A DNA stretch of 64,000 nucleotides from Eledone cirrhosa (Eukaryota): NCBI GenBank assembly GCA_964016885.1, contig OZ024741.1, positions 246,698,001-246,762,000 on the forward strand, given 5' to 3'. This document shows, in pieces, positions 41,400 to 53,700 of this stretch (within the stretch, counting starts at the first letter, position 1; every line of letters starts with the position of its first letter). Both the position numbers and the translations under genes were made by a program. The notes below the pieces were generated by a model, which worked only from the letters and a program-made list of their open reading frames with translations, made no database searches and was not told where the DNA came from.

Positions 41400-44300
41400 T
41401 TTTTACAAATTATCTCCCCCTGATTTTTTTTACAAATTATCTCCCCCTGATTTTTTTTTACAAATTATCTCCCCCTGATTTTTTTTTACAAATTATCTCC
41501 CCCTGATTTTTTTACAAATTATCTCCCCCTGATTTTTTTACAATCTCCGCCTGATTTTTTAAAAAATTATCTTCCCTTGGCTGGCGGGAAATTATCTCCC
41601 CTTGGACGGCTGGAAATTATCTCCCCTTGGAAGGATGGAAATTATCTCCGCTTGGACGGCTGGAAATTATCTCCCCTTGCACGGCTGGAAATTATAGCCC
41701 CTTGGAGGGCTGGAAATTATCTCCCCTTGATATTTTTTACAAATTATCTCCCCCTGATTTTTTTTTCAAATTATCTCCCCCTGATTTTTTTTACAAATTA
41801 TCTCCCCCCTGATTTTTTTACAAATTATCTCCCCTTGGCTGGCTGGAAATTATCTCCCCTTGGAGGCTGGAACTTATCTCCCCTTGGACGGCTAGAAATT
41901 ACCTCTCCTTGGACGGCTGGAAAATATGTCTCCTTGGACGGCTGGATATTATCTCCCCTTGGACGGCTGGAAATTATCTCCCCTTGGACGGCTGGAAATT
42001 ATCTCCCCTTGGATGGCTAGATATTACCTCCCCTTGGACGGCTGGAAATTATCTCCCCTTGATTTTTTTTACAAATTATCTCCCCCTGATTTTTTTTTAA
42101 AAATTATCTCCCCCTGAATTTTGTTTACAAATTATCTCCGCCTGATTTTTTTTTAAAAATTATCTCCCCTTGGACGGCTGGAAATTATCTCCCCTTGGAC
42201 GGCTGGAAATTATATCTCCTTGGACGGCTAGAATTTACCTCTCCTTGGACGGCTGAAAATTATCTCCCCTTGGACGGCTGGAAATTATCTCCCCTTGATT
42301 TTTTTTACAAATTATCTCCCCCTGATTTTTTTTTACAAATTATCTCCCCCTGATTTTTTTTTACAAATTATCTCCCCCTGATTTTTTTTTACAAATTATT
42401 TCCGCCTGATTTTTTTTACAAATTATCTCCGCCTGATTTTTTTAAATATTATCTCTCCTTGGCTGGCGGGAAATTATCTCCCCTTGGACGGCTGGAAATT
42501 ATCTCCCCTTGGAAGGATGGAAATTATCTCCCCTTGGACGGCTGGAAATTATCTACCCCTGATTTTTTTTACAAATTATCTCCCCCTGATTTTTTTACAA
42601 ATTATCTCCCCCTGATTTTTTTTACAAATTATCTCCGCCTGATTTTTTTAAATGTTATCTCTCCTTGGCTGGCGGGAAATTATCTCCCCTTGGACGGCTG
42701 GAAATTATCTCCCCTTGGAAGGATGGAAATCATCTCCCCTTGGACGGCTGAAAATTATCTACCCCTGATTTTTTTTACAAATTATCTCCCCCTGATTTTT
42801 TTTACAAATTATCTCCCCCTGATTTTTTTTACAAATTATCTACCCCTGATTTTTTTTTTACAAATTATCTCCCCCTGATTTTTTTACAAATTATCTCCCA
42901 CTGATTTTTTTTTTACAAATTATCTCCCCCTGATTTTTTTACAAATTATCTCCCCTTGGCTGGCTGGAAATTTTCTCCCCTTGGAGGCTGGAACTTATCT
43001 CCCCTTGGACGGCTAGAAATTACCTCTCCTTGGACGGCTGGAAAATATGTCTCCTTGGACGGCTGGATATTATCTCCCCTTGGACGGCTGGAAATTATCT
43101 CCCCTTGGACGGCTGGAAATTATCTCCCCTTGGATGGCTAGATATTACCTCCCCTTGGACGGCTGGAAATTATCTCCCCTTGATTTTTTTTACAAATTAT
43201 CTCCCCCTGATTTTTTTTTACAAATTATCTCCCCCTGATTTTTGTTTACAAATTATCTCCGCCTGATTTTTAAAAAAAAATTATCTCCCCTTGGACGGCT
43301 GGAAATTATCTCCCCTTGGACGGCTAGAAATTACCTCCTTGGACGGCTGAAAATTATCTCCCCTTGGACGGCTGGAAATTATCTCCCCTTGATTTTTTTA
43401 CAAATTATCTCCCCCTGATTTTTTTTTACAAATTATCTCCCCCTGATTTTTTTTTACAAATTATCTCCCCCTGATTTTTTTTTACAAATTATCTACCCCT
43501 GATTTTTTTTTACAAATTATCTCCCCCTGATTTTTTTTACGAATTATCTCCCCCTGATTTTTTTTTACAAATTATCTCCTCCTGATTTTTTTAAATGTTA
43601 TCTCTCCTTGGCTGGCGGGAAATTATCTCCCCTTGGACGGTTGGAAATTATCTCCCCTTGGAAGGATGGAAATTATCTCCCCTTGGACGGCTGAAAATTA
43701 TCTACCCCTGATTTTTTTTACAAATTATCTCCCCCTGATTTTTTTACAAATTATCTCCGCCTGATTTTTTTAAATGTTATCTCTCCTTGGCTGGCGGGAA
43801 ATTATCTCCCCTTGGACGGCTGGAAATTATCTCCCCTTGGAAGGATGGAAATTATCTCCCCTTGGACGGCTGAAAATTATCTACCCCTAACTTTTTTTAC
43901 AAATTATCTCCCCCTGATTTTTTTTACAAATTATCTCCCCCTGATTTTTTTTACAAATTATCTACCCCTGATTTTTTTTACAAATTATCTCCCCCTGATT
44001 TTTTTTACAAATTATCTCCCCCTGATTTTTTTTTACAAATTATCTCCCCCTGATTTTTTTTTTACAAATTATCTCCCCCTGATTTTTTTACAAATTATCT
44101 CCCCCTGATTTTTTTTACAATCTCCGCCTGATTTTTTAAAAAATTATCTTCCCTTGGCTGGCGGGAAATTATCTCCCCTTGGACGGCTGGAAATTATCTC
44201 CTCTTGGAAGGATGGAAATTATCTCCCCTTGGACGGCTGGAAATTATCTCCCCTTGCACGGCTGGAAATTATAGCCCCTTGGAGGGCTGGAAATTATCTC

Positions 44301-47300
44301 CCCTTGATATTTTTTACAAATTATCTCCCCCTGATTTTTTTTTCAAATTATCTCCGCCTGATTTTTTTTACAAATTATCTCCCCCCTGATTTTTTTACAA
44401 ATTATCTCCCCTTGGCTGGCTGGAAATTATCTCCCCTTGGAGGCTGGAACTTATCTCCCCTTGGACGGCTAGAAATTACCTCTCCTTGGACGGCTGGAAA
44501 ATATGTCTCCTTGGACGGCTGGATATTATCTCCCCTTGGACGGCTGGAAATTATCTCCCCTTGGACGGCTGGAAATTATCTCCCCTTGGATGGCTAGATA
44601 TTACCTCCCCTTGGACGGCTGGAAATTATCTCCCCTTGATTATTTTTACAAATTATCTCCCCCTGATTTTTTTTTACAAATTATCTCCCCCTGATTTTTT
44701 TTTACAAATTATCTCCCCCTGATTTTTTTTTAAAAATTATCTCCCCCTGATTTTTGTTTACAAATTATCTCCGCCTGATTTTTTTTTAAAAATTATCTCC
44801 CCTTGGACGGCTGGAAATTATCTCCCCTTGGACGGCTGGAAATTATATCTCCTTGGACGGCTAGAATTTACCTCTCCTTGGACGGCTGAAAATTATCTCC
44901 CCTTGGACGGCTGGAAATTATCTCCCCTTGATTTTTTTTACAAATTATCTCCCCCTGATTTTTTTTTACAAATTATCTCCCCCTGATTTTTTTTTACAAA
45001 TTATCTCCCCCTGATTTTTTTTTACAAATTATTTCCGCCTGATTTTTTTTACAAATTATCTCCGCCTGATTTTTTTAAATATTATCTCTCCTTGGCTGGC
45101 GGGAAATTATCTCCCCTTGGACGGCTGGAAATTATCTCCCCTTGGAAGGATGGAAATTATCTCCCCTTGGACGGCTGGAAATTATCTACCCCTGATTTTT
45201 TTTACAAATTATCTCCCCCTGATTTTTTTACAAATTATCTCCCCCTGATTTTTTTTACAAATTATCTCCGCCTGATTTTTTTAAATGTTATCTCTCCTTG
45301 GCTGGCGGGAAATTATCTCCCCTTGGACGGCTAGAAATTACCTCTCCTTGGACGGCTGAAAATTATCTCCCCTTGGACGGCTGGAAATTATCTCCCCTTG
45401 ATTTTTTTACAAATTATCTCCCCCTGATTTTTTTTTTACAAATTATCTCCCCCTGATTTTTTTTTACAAATTATCTACCCCTGATTTTTTTTTACAAATT
45501 ATCTCCCCCTGATTTTTTTTACGAATTATCTCCCCCTGATTTTTTTTTACAAATTATCTCCCCCTGATTTTTTTAAATGTTATCTCTCCTTGGCTGGCGG
45601 GAAATTATCGCCCCTTGGACGGCTGGAAATTATCTCCCCTTGGAAGGATGGAAATTATCTCCCCTTGGACGGCTGAAAATTATCTACCCCTGATTTTTTT
45701 TACAAATTATCTCCCCCTGATTTTTTTACAAATTATCTCCGCCTGATTTTTTTAAATGTTATCTCTCCTTGGCTGGCGGGAAATTATCTCCCCTTGGACG
45801 GCTGGAAATTATCTCCCCTTGGAAGGATGGAAATTATCTCCCCTTGGACGGCTGAAAATTATCTACCCCTGATTTTTTTTACAAATTATCTCCCCCTGAT
45901 TTTTTTTACAAATTATCTCCCCCTGATTTTTTTTACAAATTATCTACCCCTGATTTTTTTTACAAATTATCTCCCCCTGATTTTTTTTACAAATTATCTC
46001 CCCCTGATTTTTTTTTACAAATTATCTCCCCCTGATTTTTTTTTTACAAATTATCTCCCCCTGATTTTTTTACAAATTATCTCCCCCTGATTTTTTTTAC
46101 AATCTCCGCCTGATTTTTTAAAAAATTATCTTCCCTTGGCTGGCGGGAAATTATCTCCCCTTGGACGGCTGGAAATTATCTCCTCTTGGAAGGATGGAAA
46201 TTATATCCCCTTGGACGGCTGGAAATTATCTCCCCTTGCACGGCTGGAAATTATAGCCCCTTGGAGGGCTGGAAATTATCTCCCCTTGATATTTTTTACA
46301 AATTATCTCCCCCTGATTTTTTTTTCAAATTATCTCCCCCTGATTTTTTTTACAAATTATCTCCCCCCTGATTTTTTTACAAATTATCTCCCCTTGGCTG
46401 GCTGGAAATTATCTCCCCTTGGAGGCTGGAACTTATCTCCCCTTGGACGGCTAGAAATTACCTCTCCTTGGACGGCTGGAAAATATGTCTCCTTGGACGG
46501 CTGGATATTATCTCCCCTTGGACGGCTGGAAATTATCTCCCCTTGGACGGCTGGAAATTATCTCCCCTTGGAGGGCTAGATATTACCTCCCCTTGGACGG
46601 CTGGAAATTATCTCCCCTTGATTATTTTTACAAATTATCTCCCCCTGATTTTTTTTTACAAATTATCTCCCCCTGATTTTTTTTTACAAATTATCTCCCC
46701 CTGATTTTTTTTTTAAAATTATCTCCCCCTGATTTTTGTTTACAAATTATCTCCGCCTGATTTTTTTTTAAAAATTATCTCCCCTTGGACGGCTGGAAAT
46801 TATCTCCCCTTGGACGGCTGGAAATTATATCTCCTTGGACGGCTAGAATTTACCTCTCCTTGGACGGCTGAAAATTATCTCCCCTTGGACGGCTGGAAAT
46901 TATCTCCCCTTGATTTTTTTTACAAATTATCTCCCCCTGATTTTTTTTTACAAATTATCTCCCCCTGATTTTTTTTTACAAATTATTTCCGCCTGATTTT
47001 TTTTACAAATTATCTCCGCCTGATTTTTTTAAATATTATCTCTCCTTGGCTGGCGGGAAATTATCTCCCCTTGGACGGCTGGAAATTATCTCCCCTTGGA
47101 AGGATGGAAATTATCTCCCCTTGGACGGCTGGAAATTATCTACCCCTGATTTTTTTTACAAATTATCTCCCCCTGATTTTTTTACAAATTATCTCCCCCT
47201 GATTTTTTTTACAAATTATCTCCGCCTGATTTTTTTAAATGTTATCTCTCCTTGGCTGGCGGGAAATTATCTCCCCTTGGACGGCTGGAAATTATCTCCC

Positions 47301-50300
47301 CTTGGAAGGATGGAAATCATCTCCCCTTGGACGGCTGAAAATTATCTACCCCTGATTTTTTTTACAAATTATCTCCCCCTGATTTTTTTTACAAATTATC
47401 TCCCCCTGATTTTTTTTACAAATTATCTACCCCTGATTTTTTCTACAAATTATCTCCCCCTGATTTTTTTTACAAATTATCTCCCCCTGATTTTTTTTTT
47501 ACAAATTATTTCCCCCTGATTTTTTTACAAATTATCTCCCACTGATTTTTTTTTTACAAATTATCTCCCCCTGATTTTTTTACAAATTATCTCCCCCTGA
47601 TTTTTTTTACAAATTATCTCCCCCTGATTTTTTTTTACAAATTATCTCCCCCTGATTTTTTTTTACAAATTATCTCCCCCTGATTTTTTTACAAATTATC
47701 TCCCCCTGATTTTTTTACAATCTCCGCCTGATTTTTTAAAAAATTATCTTCCCTTGGCTGGCGGGAAATTATCTCCCCTTGGACGGCTGGAAATTATCTC
47801 CCCTTGGAAGGATGGAAATTATCTCCGCTTGGACGGCTGGAAATTATCTCCCCTTGCACGGCTGGAAATTATAGCCCCTTGGAGGGCTGGAAATTATCTC
47901 CCCTTGATATTTTTTACAAATTATCTCCCCCTGATTTTTTTTTCAAATTATCTCCCCCTGATTTTTTTTACAAATTATCTCCCCCCTGATTTTTTTACAA
48001 ATTATCTCCCCTTGGCTGGCTGGAAATTATCTCCCCTTGGAGGCTGGAACTTATCTCCCCTTGGACGGCTAGAAATTACCTCTCCTTGGACGGCTGGAAA
48101 ATATGTCTCCTTGGACGGCTGGATATTATCTCCCCTTGGACGGCTGGAAATTATCTCCCCTTGGACGGCTGGAAATTATCTCCCCTTGGATGGCTAGATA
48201 TTACCTCCCCTTGGACGGCTGGAAATTATCTCCCCTTGATTTTTTTTACAAATTATCTCCCCCTGATTTTTTTTTAAAAATTATCTCCCCCTGAATTTTG
48301 TTTACAAATTATCTCCGCCTGATTTTTTTTTAAAAATTATCTCCCCTTGGACGGCTGGAAATTATCTCCCCTTGGACGGCTGGAAATTATATCTCCTTGG
48401 ACGGCTAGAATTTACCTCTCCTTGGACGGCTGAAAATTATCTCCCCTTGGACGGCTGGAAATTATCTCCCCTTGATTTTTTTTACAAATTATCTCCCCCT
48501 GATTTTTTTTTACAAATTATCTCCCCCTGATTTTTTTTTACAAATTATCTCCCCCTGATTTTTTTTTACAAATTATTTCCGCCTGATTTTTTTTACAAAT
48601 TATCTCCGCCTGATTTTTTTAAATATTATCTCTCCTTGGCTGGCGGGAAATTATCTCCCCTTGGACGGCTGGAAATTATCTCCCCTTGGAAGGATGGAAA
48701 TTATCTCCCCTTGGACGGCTGGAAATTATCTACCCCTGATTTTTTTTACAAATTATCTCCCCCTGATTTTTTTACAAATTATCTCCCCCTGATTTTTTTT
48801 ACAAATTATCTCCGCCTGATTTTTTTAAATGTTATCTCTCCTTGGCTGGCGGGAAATTATCTCCCCTTGGACGGCTGGAAATTATCTCCCCTTGGAAGGA
48901 TGGAAATCATCTCCCCTTGGACGGCTGAAAATTATCTACCCCTGATTTTTTTTACAAATTATCTCCCCCTGATTTTTTTTACAAATTATCTCCCCCTGAT
49001 TTTTTTTACAAATTATCTACCCCTGATTTTTTCTACAAATTATCTCCCCCTGATTTTTTTTACAAATTATCTCCCCCTGATTTTTTTTTTACAAATTATC
49101 TCCCCCTGATTTTTTTACAAATTATCTCCCACTGATTTTTTTTTTACAAATTATCTCCCCCTGATTTTTTTACAAATTATCTCCCCTTGGCTGGCTGGAA
49201 ATTTTCTCCCCTTGGAGGCTGGAACTTATCTCCCCTTGGACGGCTAGAAATTACCTCTCCTTGGACGGCTGGAAAATATGTCTCCTTGGACGGCTGGATA
49301 TTATCTCCCCTTGGACGGCTGGAAATTATCTCCCCTTGGACGGCTGGAAATTATCTCCCCTTGGATGGCTAGATATTACCTCCCCTTGGACGGCTGGAAA
49401 TTATCTCCCCTTGATTTTTTTTACAAATTATCTCCCCCTGATTTTTTTTTACAAATTATCTCCCCCTGATTTTTGTTTACAAATTATCTCCGCCTGATTT
49501 TTTAAAAAAAATTATCTCCCCTTGGACGGCTGGAAATTATCTCCCCTTGGACGGCTAGAAATTACCTCCTTGGACGGCTGAAAATTATCTCCCCTTGGAC
49601 GGCTGGAAATTATCTCCCCTTGATTTTTTTACAAATTATCTCCCCCTGATTTTTTTTTACAAATTATCTCCCCCTGATTTTTTTTTACAAATTATCTCCC
49701 CCTGATTTTTTTTTACAAATTATCTACCCCTGATTTTTTTTTACAAATTATCTCCCCCTGATTTTTTTTACGAATTATCTCCCCCTGATTTTTTTTTACA
49801 AATTATCTCCCCCTGATTTTTTTAAATGTTATCTCTCCTTGGCTGGCGGGAAATTATCTCCCCTTGGACGGCTGGAAATTATCTCCCCTTGGAAGGATGG
49901 AAATTATCTCCCCTTGGACGGCTGAAAATTATCTACCCCTGATTTTTTTTACAAATTATCTCCCCCTGATTTTTTTACAAATTATCTCCGCCTGATTTTT
50001 TTAAATGTTATCTCTCCTTGGCTGGCGGGAAATTATCTCCCCTTGGACGGCTGGAAATTATCTCCCCTTGGAAGGATGGAAATTATCTCCCCTTGGACGG
50101 CTGAAAATTATCTACCCCTAACTTTTTTTACAAATTATCTCCCCCTGATTTTTTTTACAAATTATCTCCCCCTGATTTTTTTTACAAATTATCTACCCCT
50201 GATTTTTTTTACAAATTATCTCCCCCTGATTTTTTTTACAAATTATCTCCCCCTGATTTTTTTTTACAAATTATCTCCCCCTGATTTTTTTTTTACAAAT

Positions 50301-53300
50301 TATCTCCCCCTGATTTTTTTACAAATTATCTCCCCCTGATTTTTTTTACAATCTCCGCCTGATTTTTTAAAAAATTATCTTCCCTTGGCTGGCGGGAAAT
50401 TATCTCCCCTTGGACGGCTGGAAATTATCTCCTCTTGGAAGGATGGAAATTATCTCCCCTTGGACGGCTGGAAATTATCTCCCCTTGCACGGCTGGAAAT
50501 TATAGCCCCTTGGAGGGCTGGAAATTATCTCCCCTTGATATTTTTTACAAATTATCTCCCCTTGGCTGGCTGGAAATTATCTCCCCTTGGAGGCTGGAAC
50601 TTATCTCCCCTTGGACGGCTAGAAATTACCTCTCCTTGGACGGCTGGAAAATATGTCTCCTTGGACGGCTGGATATTATCTCCCCTTGGACGGCTGGAAA
50701 TTATCTCCCCTTGGACGGCTGGAAATTATCTCCCCTTGGATGGCTAGATATTACCTCCCCTTGGACGGCTGGAAATTATCTCCCCTTGATTATTTTTACA
50801 AATTATCTCCCCCTGATTTTTTTTTACAAATTATCTCCCCCTGATTTTTTTTTACAAATTATCTCCCCCTGATTTTTTTTTAAAAATTATCTCCCCCTGA
50901 TTTTTGTTTACAAATTATCTCCGCCTGATTTTTTTTTAAAAATTATCTCCCCTTGGACGGCTGGAAATTATCTCCCCTTGGACGGCTGGAAATTATATCT
51001 CCTTGGACGGCTAGAATTTACCTCTCCTTGGACGGCTGAAAATTATCTCCCCTTGGACGGCTGGAAATTATCTCCCCTTGATTTTTTTTACAAATTATCT
51101 CCCCCTGATTTTTTTTTACAAATTATCTCCCCCTGATTTTTTTTTACAAATTATCTCCGCCTGATTTTTTTTACAAATTATCTCCGCCTGATTTTTTTAA
51201 ATATTATCTCTCCTTGGCTGGCGGGAAATTATCTCCCCTTGGACGGCTGGAAATTATCTCCCCTTGGAAGGATGGAAATTATCTCCCCTTGGACGGCTGG
51301 AAATTATCTACCCCTGATTTTTTTTACAAATTATCTCCCCCTGATTTTTTTACAAATTATCTCCCCCTGATTTTTTTTACAAATTATCTCCGCCTGATTT
51401 TTTTAAATGTTATCTCTCCTTGGCTGGCGGGAAATTATCTCCCCTTGGACGGCTAGAAATTACCTCTCCTTGGACGGCTGAAAATTATCTCCCCTTGGAC
51501 GGCTGGAAATTATCTCCCCTTGATTTTTTTACAAATTATCTCCCCCTGATTTTTTTTTTACAAATTATCTCCCCCTGATTTTTTTTTACAAATTATCTAC
51601 CCCTGATTTTTTTTTACAAATTATCTCCCCCTGATTTTTTTTACGAATTATCTCCCCCTGATTTTTTTTTACAAATTATCTCCCCCTGATTTTTTTAAAT
51701 GTTATCTCTCCTTGGCTGGCGGGAAATTATCTCCCCTTGGACGGCTGGAAATTATCTCCCCTTGGAAGGATGGAAATTATCTCCCCTTGGACGGCTGAAA
51801 ATTATCTACCCCTGATTTTTTTTACAAATTATCTCCCCCTGATTTTTTTACAAATTATCTCCGCCTGATTTTTTTAAATGTTATCTCTCCTTGGCTGGCG
51901 GGAAATTATCTCCCCTTGGACGGCTGGAAATTATCTCCCCTTGGAAGGATGGAAATTATCTCCCCTTGGACGGCTGAAAATTATCTACCCCTGATTTTTT
52001 TTACAAATTATCTCCCCCTGATTTTTTTTACAAATTATCTCCCCCTGATTTTTTTTACAAATTATCTACCCCTGATTTTTTTTACAAATTATCTCCCCCT
52101 GATTTTTTTTACAAATTATCTCCCCCTGATTTTTTTTTACAAATTATCTCCCCCTGATTTTTTTTTTACAAATTATCTCCCCCTGATTTTTTTACAAATT
52201 ATCTCCCCCTGATTTTTTTTACAATCTCCGCCTGATTTTTTAAAAAATTATCTTCCCTTGGCTGGCGGGAAATTATCTCCCCTTGGACGGCTGGAAATTA
52301 TCTCCTCTTGGAAGGATGGAAATTATATCCCCTTGGACGGCTGGAAATTATCTCCCCTTGCACGGCTGGAAATTATAGCCCCTTGGAGGGCTGGAAATTA
52401 TCTCCCCTTGATATTTTTTACAAATTATCTCCCCCTGATTTTTTTTTCAAATTATCTCCCCCTGATTTTTTTTACAAATTATCTCCCCCCTGATTTTTTT
52501 ACAAATTATCTCCCCTTGGCTGGCTGGAAATTATCTCCCCTTGGAGGCTGGAACTTATCTCCCCTTGGACGGCTAGAAATTACCTCTCCTTGGACGGCTG
52601 GAAAATATGTCTCCTTGGACGGCTGGATATTATCTCCCCTTGGACGGCTGGAAATTATCTCCCCTTGGACGGCTGGAAATTATCTCCCCTTGGATGGCTA
52701 GATATTACCTCCCCTTGGACGGCTGGAAATTATCTCCCCTTGATTATTTTTACAAATTATCTCCCCCTGATTTTTTTTTACAAATTATCTCCCCCTGATT
52801 TTTTTTACAAATTATCTCCCCCTGATTTTTTTTTTAAAATTATCTCCCCCTGATTTTTGTTTACAAATTATCTCCGCCTGATTTTTTTTTAAAAATTATC
52901 TCCCCTTGGACGGCTGGAAATTATCTCCCCTTGGACGGCTGGAAATTATATCTCCTTGGACGGCTAGAATTTACCTCTCCTTGGACGGCTGAAAATTATC
53001 TCCCCTTGGACGGCTGGAAATTATCTCCCCTTGATTTTTTTTACAAATTATCTCCCCCTGATTTTTTTTTACAAATTATCTCCCCCTGATTTTTTTTTAC
53101 AAATTATTTCCGCCTGATTTTTTTTACAAATTATCTCCGCCTGATTTTTTTAAATATTATCTCTCCTTGGCTGGCGGGAAATTATCTCCCCTTGGACGGC
53201 TGGAAATTATCTCCCCTTGGAAGGATGGAAATTATCTCCCCTTGGACGGCTGGAAATTATCTACCCCTGATTTTTTTTACAAATTATCTCCCCCTGATTT

Positions 53301-53700
53301 TTTTACAAATTATCTCCCCCTGATTTTTTTTACAAATTATCTCCGCCTGATTTTTTTAAATGTTATCTCTCCTTGGCTGGCGGGAAATTATCTCCCCTTG
53401 GACGGCTGGAAATTATCTCCCCTTGGAAGGATGGAAATCATCTCCCCTTGGACGGCTGAAAATTATCTACCCCTGATTTTTTTTACAAATTATCTCCCCC
53501 TGATTTTTTTTACAAATTATCTCCCCCTGATTTTTTTTACAAATTATCTACCCCTGATTTTTTCTACAAATTATCTCCCCCTGATTTTTTTTACAAATTA
53601 TCTCCCCCTGATTTTTTTTTTACAAATTATCTCCCCCTGATTTTTTTACAAATTATCTCCCACTGATTTTTTTTTTACAAATTATCTCCCCCTGATTTTT
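41400..53700 (+). repeat. Tandem duplication of an ~6.1-6.2-kb segment (junction ~47580)
   Basis: Offsets are 6177, 6231 and 6122. Private variants are shared at 41650/47827 (CTCCGCTTGG), 42118/48295 (CTGAATTTT) and 46205/52327 (TTATATCCCC). Confidence 0.85.
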
